Positions 39,985 through 52,704 of a DNA stretch of 64,000 nucleotides are shown here, piece after piece. Numbering within the stretch: the first letter of the stretch is position 1; each line of letters begins with the position of its first letter. Source of the stretch: Octopus sinensis. Lineage: Eukaryota. The stretch spans positions 6,944,001 through 7,008,000 of the forward strand of contig NC_043009.1 of the NCBI RefSeq assembly GCF_006345805.1, given 5' to 3'. The notes under the pieces were generated by a model. It saw only the letters and a list, made by a program, of their open reading frames with translations, did no database searches and was not told the DNA's origin. The position numbers and the translations under genes are program-made.

Positions 39985-40645
39985 TGTTTGTCATTCACAG
40001 AAGCTTTCCTATGTGAAACAGAAAAGGCTTCATCGTTACCATAAAGTTTGAGGTCATCCATGAATAACAAATGGTTGCCTTTATGTTGGCGGCTCTTGAA
40101 TACACACCCAGCTTTTGCTTTCATCAGAATCAGTGTTAGTGGTATCAAGCACAGTACAAAGATCAGTGGGTACAGGCAGTCTGCTGCCCTTAAACTTCTT
40201 CCGTATGCTGTCAGATCCGTCCTCCAAATCGCCATACTTTTTCTGAACAATCGCTCATCATTTGATGCAATACCATATAGGTTCATACACTCTATAATCC
40301 AAGAATGTGGGATCATATCTTACGCCTTACGGTAATAGATCCATGACATGGCTAAGTTACTTTTCCTCCTATTGCAGTCTCTATGTACAGTTTTGTCTAT
40401 CGGGAGTTGATCCTTGGTACCTCTGCACTGAAGCTTGCAAGCCCTCAGCTCATGTGCCAGGACTCCATTTCTTTTCCAGATGTTCGTATATTGACTCTGC
40501 GAGTATTCCAGTCAATAACTTCCACAGAAGTGGCAAAGAGGATATCGGCCTCTAATTCTCTACAGTATTGCCTTTTTCGATGTTTTTCAGGCACAACACT
40601 GACCTACCCAACGTCAACGCCTCTGGTGTTAAAATCCGCATGAAG
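39985..40645 (-). mobile_element. Second Dong/R4-type RT fragment (distinct family, decayed)
   Basis: [60 protein letters not shown]; the GIFQGD segment is partly deleted. Confidence 0.88.
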
Positions 40646-40964
40646 GTAAAAAGAGCACAGTTGATTTGGTGAGTGACGGATATCAAAAAAGATTAAAGGT
40701 ACTTCCTAAGCAATAGGTTCTCAAATCTGGCGTCCTCAGATTCTGTGAGGCCGGTCAGTCGCAGAATTACCAATTTTTTCCCAGCCTGAGTTGACCGAAC
40801 ATAATGAAATGAAGTATTTTGCTGAAGAACACATCCCATCGCCCGGTTCAGCAATCAAAACTACAATTTCAAGATTATTAGTGCAACACACTAAATACTA
40901 AGTCACGCGCCTCCATCGCTCAATGATATACGAAAACAATGTTGTTTTCATTATTTCAGCAGGT

Positions 40965-41585
40965 TAAGGCGGCGAGCTGGCAGAAACGATAGCGCGCCGG
41001 GCGAAATGCTTAGCAGTATTACGTCTGCCGCTACGTTCTGAGTTCAAATTCCGCCGAGGTCGACTTTGCCTTTCATTCTTTCGGGGTCGATTAAATAAGT
41101 ACCAGTTACGCACTGGAGTCCATATAATCGACTTAATCCGTTTGTATGTCCTTGTCTGTCCTCTCTGTGTTTAGCCCCTTGTGGTTTGTAAAGAAATAGG
41201 TATTTCGCCTGCCGCTACGTTCTGAGATCAAATTCCGCCGAGGTTGACTTTACCTTTCATCATTACGGGGTCGATAGATTAAGTACCAGTTACGCACTCT
41301 GGCCGATGTCATCGACTTAATCCATTTGTCTGTCTTTTTTTGTCCTCTCTATATTTAGCTCCTAGTGGGCAATAAATGAATAAGAATTGTGAGCACGTGA
41401 GACGAAGTGCTTCTCGACATTTTTCCCGGCGCTACGTTCCGAGTTCCAATTCCCCCGATGTTTACTTCGCCTTTCATCTTTTCGGGGTCGATAAATTAAG
41501 TACCAGTTATATACTGGAGTCGATCTAATTGACTGGCGCCCTCCCCAAACATTTCGGGCCTTGTGCTTAGAGTGGACAAGAATAT
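40965..41585 (+). mobile_element. SINE-A trimer (A-A-B), 184-bp period
   Basis: Junction 'taaagaaata|ggtatttcg' at 41199; the third unit carries tail B. Confidence 0.9.
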
Positions 41586-42383
41586 TTTCTTTGGAGACCA
41601 TAAAAATAATCATTAATTAAATATACAAGAGAGATGCACGTATGACTAACATAATTAGTTAGAAATCATATATTTCAAACACGCCAAATTTAATTAAAAA
41701 AAAATTTTGTACGTTAATGTTAGAGTGTTTAATACACAGAGTCTTAGAAATTTAACAATAAATGTATTCAAACTTTTTCTCAAACACATCTAACAGCATG
41801 AGAGAAAATTAAAAATCATGTATTTTTAAATAGTCATTTCGACTGATAATATTTTAGCATTTAAGAAATTGTATTATTTTTATTTAAACTTCATTTTAAA
41901 TAGTTATTCATTTATTAAAAATCTGTGAGAATAAGTAAATCTCTTATTATGTTGCCAGAAGGTTTTTCTTTTGTACTTTTATTATTTTTCTCTTTCTTCT
42001 TTTTTTTTTTTTGATTTTGTTTTGTTACCGAAGCAACAACATGAAAAATAGAATGTCTGGCAATTGTATTGAAGCATTACAACATAATTAACTGGAATTT
42101 GTATCGATGTATCTGTCAAATAAATGAGAATACATAATTGAAGCCATTTAGCATTAATAAATTATGTCCCATACCATTTTTAAGAGTCCTACTTATAATT
42201 ACTTATAAAGATTTATCTATAAACTATACTTGTGTTTATTTTCAAACTTTCGTGTCCAACACTGCCAGCTTAAGAAGCTCGCTTTGCAACCAAATGACTT
42301 CGGGTTCAGTTTCGCAGCGCGGCACCTTGGGAAGGCACTATAGCTCTGGGACGATCGGTGCTTTGTGTCTAAATCTGGTATTT

Positions 42384-42843
42384 AGTCAAGGCTTCCGGAA
42401 ATTACGAATGTTTTGCATATGACAAAATGTAGTGATTAGGTCCAAATTTGCCAATAATGTAGATTCCAATCCATATAATACATCTGATGCTGCGATGTAG
42501 AATATTTAGCAGATAATATATTTCTTTCCGCAAGGCGGCGAGCTGGGAAAACGTCAGCACGCTGGGCAAAATTTGTAGCGATGTTTCGTCTATCTTTACG
42601 TTCTGAGTTCACATTCTGCCGATGTCGTCTTCGCCTTTCATCCTTTCCGGTTCGATAAATTATGTACCAGTAGCGTACTGCTGTCGATGTAATCGACTGG
42701 CCCCCATATCCAACATTTCGGGCCTTGTGCCTAGAGTATAAAAAAAATATACTTCTTTCCGCAGATATATCTACATATGTAGTGGACCTAATCACTGCAT
42801 TTTGCCATATGCAAAACATTCGTAATTACTTGAAGCCTTGACT
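42384..42843. mobile_element. MITE with about 61-bp TIRs, superfamily unassigned
   Basis: agtcaaggcttc..attacgaatgttttgcatatg.caaaatg.agtgattaggtcca (42384-42444) is inverted at 42783-42843. Confidence 0.8.
42533..42745 (+). mobile_element. SINE-A (tail B) nested in the MITE
   Basis: 18-bp TSD aatata(t/c)ttctttccgca (42515-42532, 42746-42763). Confidence 0.9.
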
Positions 42844-43052
42844 TTTACTTGCTTAAGTCATTGGAGTGCGGCCATGCTGGGGCACAACTTTGATTGTTTT
42901 ATTCGAAGAAATCGACTCCAGTACTTATACTTTTTGAAGCCTGGTATTTACTTCATCGTTGTCCTAAGATTTATACCGCTAAATTACGGGGACGTAATCA
43001 AACCGACACCGGTTGTCAAGTGGTGGACGGGATATAAACACACACATGCATG

Positions 43053-43091
<39 letters not shown>

Positions 43092-43205
43092 TAGGCTCAT
43101 GGTTATAGTAGAAGATACTTGCCTAAGGTGTCATATAGGGGACTGAACTCTGAACCATGTGAAAACAAAGCAAGTTTCTTATCCCGCAGACATGCATGCG
43201 CCTGT
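42844..43205 (-). mobile_element. CORE-type SINE family B
   Basis: Reverse-complement match with internal TA tract. Confidence 0.75.
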
Positions 43206-43407
43206 ATAAGAATGGGTGAAAATGATGAAATAATTCCTTCTAGCAAGGCCAGCAATTTTGCCTTTTGTTTTTATCAACCATTGAAAGAATGAAATGTAAC
43301 ATTGGCCTCGATTGCATTTGAATGTACTTAGAGACAAAAGAATTTCTATTAAACATTTCGCCCGGCGTGCTAAAGAAATAAGTAAATAATAAAATGTCAC
43401 AAATATA

Positions 43408-43792
43408 GGCGCAGGCGTGGAGCGTGGTAAGAAGCTTGCTTCCCTATCACACGGGTTCGGGTTCGGTGCCATTGCGTGGCACCTTGGGCAAGTGTTCTTT
43501 ACTATAGTCTCCGGCCGGTCAAAGCTTTATGAGGGGATTCCGTAGACGGAAACTGAAAGAACCCCGTCGTGTATATGTATGTATGTGTCTATCTAGGTGT
43601 ACGTTTGTGTTTGTGTCTGTGTTTGTTTTCCACCGCTGGTTCACAAATGTTGCTCTGTGTGTTTCCAAGAGACTGACAGAATAATTACCAGGCCTTAAAA
43701 ATTCTTCTGGCGGGGATTTGCTCCACTAAATCCCTTCAATGCGGTGCTCCAGCATGGCCGCAGTCAAATAGATATGAAAAAAATAAAAGATA
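43408..43792 (+). mobile_element. CORE-type SINE family B, full length
   Basis: Colinear with 23278-23692. Confidence 0.85.
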
Positions 43793-43869
43793 GATTTCAC
43801 TGTCGCTCCTTGATTTACTGCATTTTCTAACTCAGAGATAGAGAGGGGGCAGATTGAGGGAGGGTGAAG

Positions 43870-43900
<31 letters not shown>

Positions 43901-44676
43901 TGCTGGTTTACGATTAGTTAAGCTACATAAGCTGGAAATAGTGACTGGTTCCATCGTTGATCGTAACATTTCTCCATAATTGGTCGTCAAGAAGCATCAT
44001 CTGCATAATTCAATGATTTACCATTATTTATTGATTGATTTTCATTTCAAGAGTTTAATAGACTGTAATTGAACAGGTAGGTTACGATGACAATTCTGTA
44101 AAACTTTAGTTGATAATTAGTGATATATAATGAGATAGAATCCCAGTTTATTCGCTCTGTTATTTCTGAATAAGAGAGTTAAATTAGCCTATAAAACAAG
44201 GGAAATTAGTAGATCAAGATATAAGATCTGATTGTCGGTTGTAGCCAGTTTACAATATTTATGGCACTAAATACCACTGGCAAAATCATGAACTTTACAA
44301 ATTCTAATTTTCTTTCTAACTAAATGGAAACTCATTTAGTTTTCTTTTAAATGCCAGGAGATCGTTGTGTGCATACATTTATGTCTACCAGTGGCATTTT
44401 AATTCAGTATTTTAGAAGGACACTGTATTAAGAGAAAAACTATTTTAGTAGTTAATATATAGGCGCTCGAGAACGTAGTTTATATCATCAAGTTTTATTT
44501 TTTATCTTTTCCTTGTTTCTGTCATTACACTGTAGCCATGCTGGTGAGTCACCTGGAAGGCGCCCCAGTCGAATACATCAACGTTAGTGTTTCTTTTGCA
44601 AACCTGGTAATGATTTTCTTGGTATCATTAGCCGCTAATTTACAGGGACGTGAAGAAAACAATGCCACACTATATA

Positions 44677-44900
44677 TATTATTTATATTCGACGGATATT
44701 TGTCCTCATCTTTGTTCGTTGTTAGCACAACGTTTCGGCTGATATACCCTCCAGTTTTCTTCAGATGTCTTGGGGAAATTTCAAACTTGGGTTCTTATTC
44801 CTAAGGAAGACGGCTGGAGGGTATACCAGCCGAAACGTTGTGCTGACAACAAACAAGATGAGGACAAATATCCGTCGAATGTAAATAATGTAAATAATGT
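44677..44900. mobile_element. Penelope-type inverted pseudo-LTR unit
   Basis: About 85-bp arms at 44677-44762 and 44806-44891 are near-perfect reverse complements; (tgtaaataa)n tail. Confidence 0.75.
44722..44768 (-). ncRNA. Minimal type I hammerhead ribozyme motif (Penelope-associated type)
   Basis: Minus strand gacat-CUGAAGA-aaacuggagggua uaucagcc-GAAAC-GUU-gugcu; palindromic AACGUU helix III region; the plus-strand copy has a perfect helix II (ggctgg/ccagcc) but lacks CUGA. Confidence 0.6.
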
Positions 44901-45207
44901 AAATAATTTACATAATTCCGCATCCCTTAAATATAGAACTGTAAAGCAATACCAGTTGTCATGTGTTGATTGGGGAGAACTAAAAAGAGAAAAAAACACG
45001 CGTCGTCTATCGAAGTGATCGCAGAACACCGTGAGATGAATTGTTTTTGTCAAGAACACAACACATCGCCCTGTCTAAGAAGTGGAATCACGATCACTAA
45101 GTCGTGAGTGCAACACCCTAACCACTGTATATATATATGTAATATATATATATATGTATATATATATATATGTATATATATATGTATATATAATAAATAC
45201 ATATATA

Positions 45208-45276
<69 letters not shown>

Positions 45277-45299
45277 GAGTGTGTGTGTGTTGTACTCAA

Positions 45300-45535
45300 G
45301 AAGACTGGTACTCTGCAGCAGGAGTGTAAAACACCGGTCCCTATGGTGATGTAAGGCACTCGTAAAAGCACCCGAGAGGGTCCACATAGAAGCACTCGTG
45401 CCGGTGGCACGTAACCCAGAACACAACCGAAGAGCAGCTTGCATGCTCTAGTCAAACCATCTAGCTTCTATCAACACGGTTAACGGACGTTACATGATGA
45501 TCATGATCATCATGATCATCATCATCATTATGATG
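45300..45535 (+). mobile_element. SINE or LINE 3' fragment with a (GAT)n tail
   Basis: 'tgccggtggcacgtaa...ctagtcaaaccatc...aacggacgtta' followed by (gat)n; RTE-like tail by inference. Confidence 0.55.
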
Positions 45536-45727
45536 ATAGATAGATAGACAGACAGATAGATATATAGATAAATAGATAGACTGCTCGGGAAAATTAATAG
45601 ATATACACACATACATACACGAACACACACATATATATATATATATACTAAATGTATGATCATGTGTTTAAAATTAAATTCGTTCGTAGCTATACACGCA
45701 TACACATACACACACACACATATGTAT

Positions 45728-45765
<38 letters not shown>

Positions 45766-46021
45766 ACACATTACATACATATATATGAGCGTATATATAG
45801 ATATATGCATGTACAAGCAACACATTCATAAATGCACACAAATGATTATATGAAACAATGTCCAAATGATGTTGTAATGTAAATGTCGATGCAATTACAA
45901 ATACGTGAATATAAGTATGTATGCGTAGATGCAGAAATCAAAATACACACTTACACTTATTCATCACAAAAAAAAACATGTGAGTGTGTATATGTATATA
46001 CATACATTATACATATATACT

Positions 46022-46058
<37 letters not shown>

Positions 46059-46129
46059 CGCCCAATAATACTTTATTTGTTCTACGTCCTTGCGTTGTTG
46101 TTTTTTTGTTTTTGTTTTCTTGTTTGGAT

Positions 46130-46171
<42 letters not shown>

Positions 46172-46769
46172 TGTATATTATATAATATTATATATAATGT
46201 ATATACAAACTTCCCTATGAACCTAAGGAAATAAATAATCATCCCAATCAGACATACTGGTACATTATGTTATAATATTCTAAAAATCCTTCACAACAAA
46301 ATTAAATTAAAATATGGGCAGGATTTTATTGCTTTTAACATGTTTTTTTCTGATTGTTAGTAATTGGTATAGACAGGCCATATATTCATGTTATTAAGGG
46401 TCACATATTGGTTTTTCAGAGAGGAAATATGGCACACATGCATAACCTAAGAGAACATAACATTTGTGATTGTTGGCACATAAGATTTATCATCTTTATG
46501 ATGAGCTGGATATGATGTTTGGTTTAACATTATAAGCAATGAAACAAAAATAAGGAAATCATATAAAATAAATAAATGGAAACCTTGGGGTGACGCGCAG
46601 CTCGTCGTCTCCACCACCCCTTGACATCCTTCTCGTTCTTCTTAGTATTAGCATTATCATTATTAATGATGATTACAATTACTGACGCTGATAATGATGA
46701 TGACAATACTGCTACTGCTACTAATACTACTACTACTAATAATAATTATAATTATAATTATCTTTTCTA

Positions 46770-46970
46770 CTCTTGGCACAAGACTCGAATTTGGGGGAAG
46801 GGGCCAGTCGATTGGAGGGGCCCCAGTATGCAACTGGTATTTAATTTATCGACCCATAAATGATGAATAGCAAAGTCGACCTTGATGGTATTGGAAACTA
46901 GAATGTAAAGACGGATGAAATACTGGGAAGCATTTTGTCTGGTGTGTTAATGATTCTGTCAGTTCGAATC
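46770..46970 (-). mobile_element. SINE-A copy
   Basis: Reverse-complement body and tail-B motifs. Confidence 0.75.
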
Positions 46971-47029
46971 CCTGGGTTAGAAGAAGAAAATTTAAGATTG
47001 AAAAGTGGAAAATGGTGGAGGTGGAGAAT

Positions 47030-47165
47030 AAGGAGAAGAAGAAGAAGAAGAAGAAGAAGAAGAAGAAGAAGAGAAGAAGGAGAAGAAGAAGAAGAAGAAG
47101 GAGGAGGAGGAGGAGGAGGAGGAGGAGGGTGAGGAATGCGGGGAAGAAGAAGAAGAAGAAGAATA
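47030..47165. repeat. Polypurine (GAA)n(GGA)n tract
   Basis: Direct reading. Confidence 0.95.
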
Positions 47166-47843
47166 AAAAAATGAATGAATGAAGGGAAGGATGAAAATGG
47201 TGATGCAGATTTTGATGACGATGCGACAGCGTTCTCGAAGTTGATTCATAAAATGTCCATCTTTTTCGTTATGTTAATGATGTGGTTGGTGATGTCAATG
47301 AAGTGGAAGAACAAGATAAAGAATGAAGCAGAGTGAGGGAGAGGGGGTGGAATCTGGAGTGGCAGGAGGAAGAGGAGGAGGATGAGGAGGAGCAATATGA
47401 ATGCAATGAGGAGGAGACTGATAAGCGGAAATATGTACACTACGTAACAATCGCGGCAATTATTTTACTTTCAATGAAGAAAAAAAAAATTTACAAGTAA
47501 AAATAAAAGGAAAAAAAAAACAATTATCATACTAAAACAAAATGTATATTTAAAAATATGTGAAGAAAGAAATGAAATGAAAGAGAGAGAAATTCAGGGA
47601 GAGCAAATGAAGGAGAGACAAGGAGAAAAGGAGACAGAGATTGAAAGAGTATGATCGGCTAATTAACTGTCTTCATTGATGCATAAAAATTATCAATTTG
47701 TCTATAATTGTTTAGATTAATTGCTTTGGATAATGGTAAAATATTAGTTTTCTTTAATGAGAAATTTTTTTTAAAATGTTTTTTTTTTCCAACAATCACT
47801 CTGTGCATTAAGATATTTTTAACCAAACGACAACGGATACATG

Positions 47844-47936
<93 letters not shown>

Positions 47937-48045
47937 CATACATACATACTATATACAAGGAGACATACACACGCATACACACATATATATATATACATAT
48001 GTATATATATATAATTATTTATATATATACGCATATGCATATGTC

Positions 48046-48076
<31 letters not shown>

Positions 48077-48090
48077 GTGTGTATATATAT

Positions 48091-48133
<43 letters not shown>

Positions 48134-48684
48134 AATATGTATATATATATGGATATACACACAGACACACACACACATATATATAAAGCAAAACTTTGAT
48201 CTTATCTATGATTTATTCTCCTACAGAACTCCCCTTGTCAAGATTTCAACAGATAATGATGAAAACTTCATATCTTTCGAACATTTATAATATTCAATCG
48301 AATAATGTTATCGAATATTTTTTCTCCTCAAAACATGGAAAAAAAATTCATGTTTACTATTAAATTTATTTTTTATATTTAATGTATTTGTTTAATTTTG
48401 TTGTTTATTTTGCTTTTTCTGTTGCTCGCTTTGTTTTATTTCATTTCTCATTCCACTTGTTGAAAAATATACAAATTTATTCCTTGTTGCCATGCATCAG
48501 TCCAAGATTCTTCTTTGGTCAAAGTTTATAGGATTTCAAACTTTTGATGGAAGTCACTTGGATACTGGTCGGTAAACAACCATGCATTGGCGTCCTATTA
48601 TAATGGCAAAAAAACATTTAGTTTTTTTTTTTAAATAGAATAATTAAAATTATAAATTAATCCAATTTGATAATTGCTAAAGGC

Positions 48685-49533
48685 AACATGTTAGCTGAAT
48701 CATTAGCGAAATGGATAAAATGCTTAGTCCAGTTGATTTTTCTTTACGAGCTTAGTTCGAATTCTGCCGAGGCGGACTTGGCCTTTTATTCTTTCGGATT
48801 CAATGAAATAAGTACCAGTTGGGCGCTAAAGTCAATGTAATCGACTTAGCACCACCCCTGAAATTGTAGACCTTGTGCCAAAACTTGATACTAAAAGCTC
48901 GTTTCCACTCTAGACACAATGCCAAAATTTTTGGGGAGGAGACCTGTCGCTTAAATCGACCTCAGTACGCAACTGGTACTTAAAAGACAGACGAAATACT
49001 GCAAAGCTTTTCGCCCGGCGTGTTAGCGTTTCTTATTTCTTTACTGCCCACAAGGAGCTACACATAGAGGGAACAAACAGAGACAGACAAAGGGATTAAG
49101 TCGACCCCAGTGCGTAATTGGTACTTAATTTATCGACCCCGAAAGGATGACAGGCAAAGTCGACCTTGCGGTATTTCGTCTGCCGCTACGTTCTGAGTTC
49201 AAACTCCGCCGAGGTCGACTCTGCCTTTCAATTTTTCGGGGTCGATTAAATAAGTACCAGTTACGCACGGGGTCGATATAATCGACTTAATCTGTTTGTC
49301 ATTCCTTGTCTGTCCCCTGTGTTTAGCCCCTTGTGGTTAGTAAAGAAATAGGGATTTCGTCTGCCGCTACGTTCTAAGTTCAAATTCCGCCGAGGTCAAC
49401 TTTGCCTTTCATCTTTCGGAGTCGATAAATAAAGTACCAGTTACGCACTGGGGTCGTTGTAATAGACTTAATCCGTTTGTCTGTCCCTGTTTGTCTCTTC
49501 TTTGTTTAGCCACTAGTTGGCAATAAAGAAATA
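48685..49533. mobile_element. SINE-A cluster: + copy, then inverted A-B composite (48905-49165, -), then forward A-A dimer (49170-49533, 181-bp period)
   Basis: Head-to-head junction at about 49165-49170; fixed junction 'taaagaaata|gggatttcg' at 49351. Confidence 0.85.
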
Positions 49534-49786
49534 TATAATATATAATATATATAATATATATATATAATATATATAACTTTCCTTATTGTTGCTGTTTTTA
49601 ACATCAGCTTTCGCGTTGGTCAAATTTCACAGGACTTCTATATTTTGATGAAATTTAATTGGATACTCATCCGTAAACAACTGCACTTCGTGTCATGTTA
49701 CAATGGTAAAATATTTAGTTTATTTAATTTTTGGTAGGATTACTATGACAATTAATTAATCCACTTTAAGAATCACTAAAGGCAAG

Positions 49787-50190
49787 GCGGTGAGCTGGCA
49801 GAGTCGTTAACGCAGTGAGTAAATTGCTTAGCGACATTTCGTCTGTCTTTGGCTCTGAGTTCGAATTCTTCCGAGAATTCCATGTTTTCGGGCCTGATAA
49901 AATATGCATCAGCTGACAACTTGAATCAATGTAATTGCCTTACACTCCTCTATCGAACTTGTGCCCAAATTTGCAACCAAAAATTACTAACGGATGCGAG
50001 CCGGCAGAACTACTGGTGTGTCGAACAAAATGCTTTTTTCTAGTTTCTTTACTTTCTGAGCCGAAACCTGCACAAGACCAACTTTTCTGCTCATCCTTTT
50101 AGGGTCGATGAAAATAAAGTCCCAAACAATTACTGGGTTCGATGTAATCGACTTGCCCCTTCCCTCAGAATTACTTGCCTTGTGCACTGC
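49787..50190 (+). mobile_element. Two old tandem SINE-A copies
   Basis: Heads 'ggcggtgagctggcagagtcg' and 'gcgagccggcagaac'. Confidence 0.7.
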
Positions 50191-50489
50191 AATGGATCAC
50201 TGTCCTGTTTAAGGACAAATGCTGTGAACTCGATCACTTATATACCATGGAAACCGGTTAACTGGTCTTATATGTCTTAGAGCTTGAGAAAGAAAAAAAA
50301 TTACTAACAAAAATCAAGTTTAAACAAGTTGGTCGGGTATTTTAGGAGAGTGTATGAAGAAATTTTTCGACCCCCACCGTATTATATGACTGGTATAAAT
50401 ACCATTGACAAAGGAACATAAGTATAAGGCTGAACTGAGCTCGTTGCAAGTTCAGCTCAATACTTAAATTTGAGTTCCTGAAATACTGA

Positions 50490-50700
50490 ATTCAACTCTT
50501 GGCACAAGACGAGAAATTCCGGGGAGTGGACTAAGTCGATTACATCGATCCGAATGCTCAACTGGTACGTATTCAATCGACTCCAAAAGGATAAAATGCT
50601 ATGCCAACCTTGGCGAAATTTGAAGTGAGAACTTAAAGACAGGTGTAATGCCGCTAAGCATTATACCCGATGTGCTAATGATTCTGCCAGCTCATAGCCT
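50490..50700 (-). mobile_element. SINE-A copy
   Basis: Reverse-complement head, body and tail. Confidence 0.75.
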
Positions 50701-51223
50701 TTGAGTTCATGAAATATTAGAGAACGTTTTCACGAATGAGCCACTGGTCTTATTCCATTCAACACCCACCTACCTATAGGCATGTTATTTAGCTTGTTTT
50801 ATAAAACAGAATTAATAACCATAAAACAGAATTGTTAACAAAATAAATAACTCCTTATAAAACAGGATTAATTATTTCTAATATAGGCACAAAACTGTTT
50901 GGAGAGTGATTAGTCGTTTACATTGAACCAACTAATTGACTGCTACTACATGTTATCAACGCTTGGAAGGATGACATTTATAAACATCTGCGTAATTTTT
51001 ATACATCAGCGAAATTTATACCTAGAAAATAAAGAGTCGAAATGAATAACAAATATTTTTTCCACTGTCCTAACAACTTTCCCAGCTTGCCTCATATTTT
51101 TAGAATTATTAATCAAACTTTCTACTATAGGCACGAGGCCTGAACATTTGGGGGCAGTGGCAAGTATAGGGTGGTCTTCAAGTCTTGTCACTCCCTTGGA
51201 AGAACAATATAACAATAGCAAAC

Positions 51224-51443
51224 TCATGTACTGGATTTAGTATATTCTCTTTCGTTGATACTGACACAGTCACACATCGAGTAGGTCTCTTTGAACACCA
51301 TCATTTTTGTAGCAGAAAATGATGCGGCGCCATGTCCTGTGGGATATTTACGAAGCTCTGCTTTAGTAATTGTTGCAAAGGCTGCCAAAACAGCGTCTTT
51401 CACCTGATGGGTTTTCTGGTATCGCTTTTGTGAAACACTCTCC
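51224..51443 (-). CDS. Possible terminal coding exon, frame ambiguous, unidentified
   Basis: Strong acceptor 'tttaatttttctattaccag'; non-repetitive; one frame open for about 72 codons (ESVSQKRY...TKSST*), another gives GECFTKAIPENPSGERRCFGSLCNNY*. Confidence 0.25.
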
Positions 51444-51857
51444 CTGGTAATAGAAAAATTAAAACAATATTTACAGGTGGTGACAAGACTTTCGGACCAC
51501 CTAATTGATTGCAGCAACTCCAACGCGATATTGGTACCTAATTTATCAACTCCGAAATGATGGAGGGCAACGTTGATACCGACTGAAATTGAACTCAGAA
51601 CGTAAAGAAGGGCGAAAAACAGCTAAGCATTTTGCCTGCCGCCCTAAGTATTCTACCAGCTCGCTGCCTGAAGTTATTAATAATAATCATGATTATTCGT
51701 TTACTTCGCACACTGCATACGTAAAAGGGAAACTTGACTTCAGCTGGATCTAAACTCGGAGTACAAAAGCTCGGAAGAACTGGAGCAAATTATTCCTTCT
51801 GAAGGTTTAACAGTGTTGCCAACTTACTGCGTACATAAAGTAATATTCCTTTCTATT

Positions 51858-52213
51858 ATAGGTACAAGGCCTGAATTTTATGGGAAGTGGTTCGTCGAAT
51901 ACATCGACCACAGTGTTTGAGTGGTACCAATTTTACGGACCACGAAAGGATGAAATTCAGAACGTAAAGACGGATGAAATGCTGCCAAACATTCTGCCCG
52001 GCATGCTAACGGTTCTGCCACCTCGCCACCTCACTATTTCCAATAATATTATGAAATACTAAATAATAGTTCCACATTTTGGTACAAGGCCAGCAATTCC
52101 AGTGAGAGAGGTAAGAAAATTATATCAACTTCAAAGCTTAACAGGTACATATTTTGAAGACCGAAAGAGTAAAAGATAAAGTCTTCTATGGCGAAGGGGA
52201 CGGGGAGAGAAAG
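51858..52213. repeat. Local duplication, copy 1 (two decayed SINE remnants)
   Basis: Colinear with 54927-55275, including shared diagnostic deletions. Confidence 0.9.
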
Positions 52214-52704
52214 AGAAGAACTGTAACAGTTATGTTGTTCCATAAGAAGAATGTAATTCTAAGGGGAAATGAAAACCAGGCCATTGTTTTGCTTAGAATT
52301 CCACAAGTTGATTTATTTACAATTATCACCGTCATCATCATCATCATCATCATCATAGACAACAACGATAATCCCCACCACCACCACCATGATCGTTGCC
52401 GTCGTCATCATCCACAGTAACAACAATGCCAAGAATAGGGCAATACTAATAAGTGGAAGGGTTACTTGATGCTATTGAACCTTATTCATCGACCACAATA
52501 ATATAGAATACATATAGCAACACTTTTCTTTCCGCGCACTTCAACGATGTTGCCAGTTCGCTGCATGTTTATAGAAATTGCATCAAGTAACTATAATAAA
52601 CAATTTTAATTCTTATTACCAGAACTTTTTTGGACAAGAGTGTCAGAAATTCCGAAGCTTGTATCATAGATTTAATCAACTACAATATGACAAGTAGTTA
52701 TTGA

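Noticed and set aside
51340-51400. KDAVLAAFATITKAELRK as a Tc1/mariner transposase C-terminus
   Set aside because: The resemblance is limited to a short helix and the flanking residues do not continue the transposase pattern.
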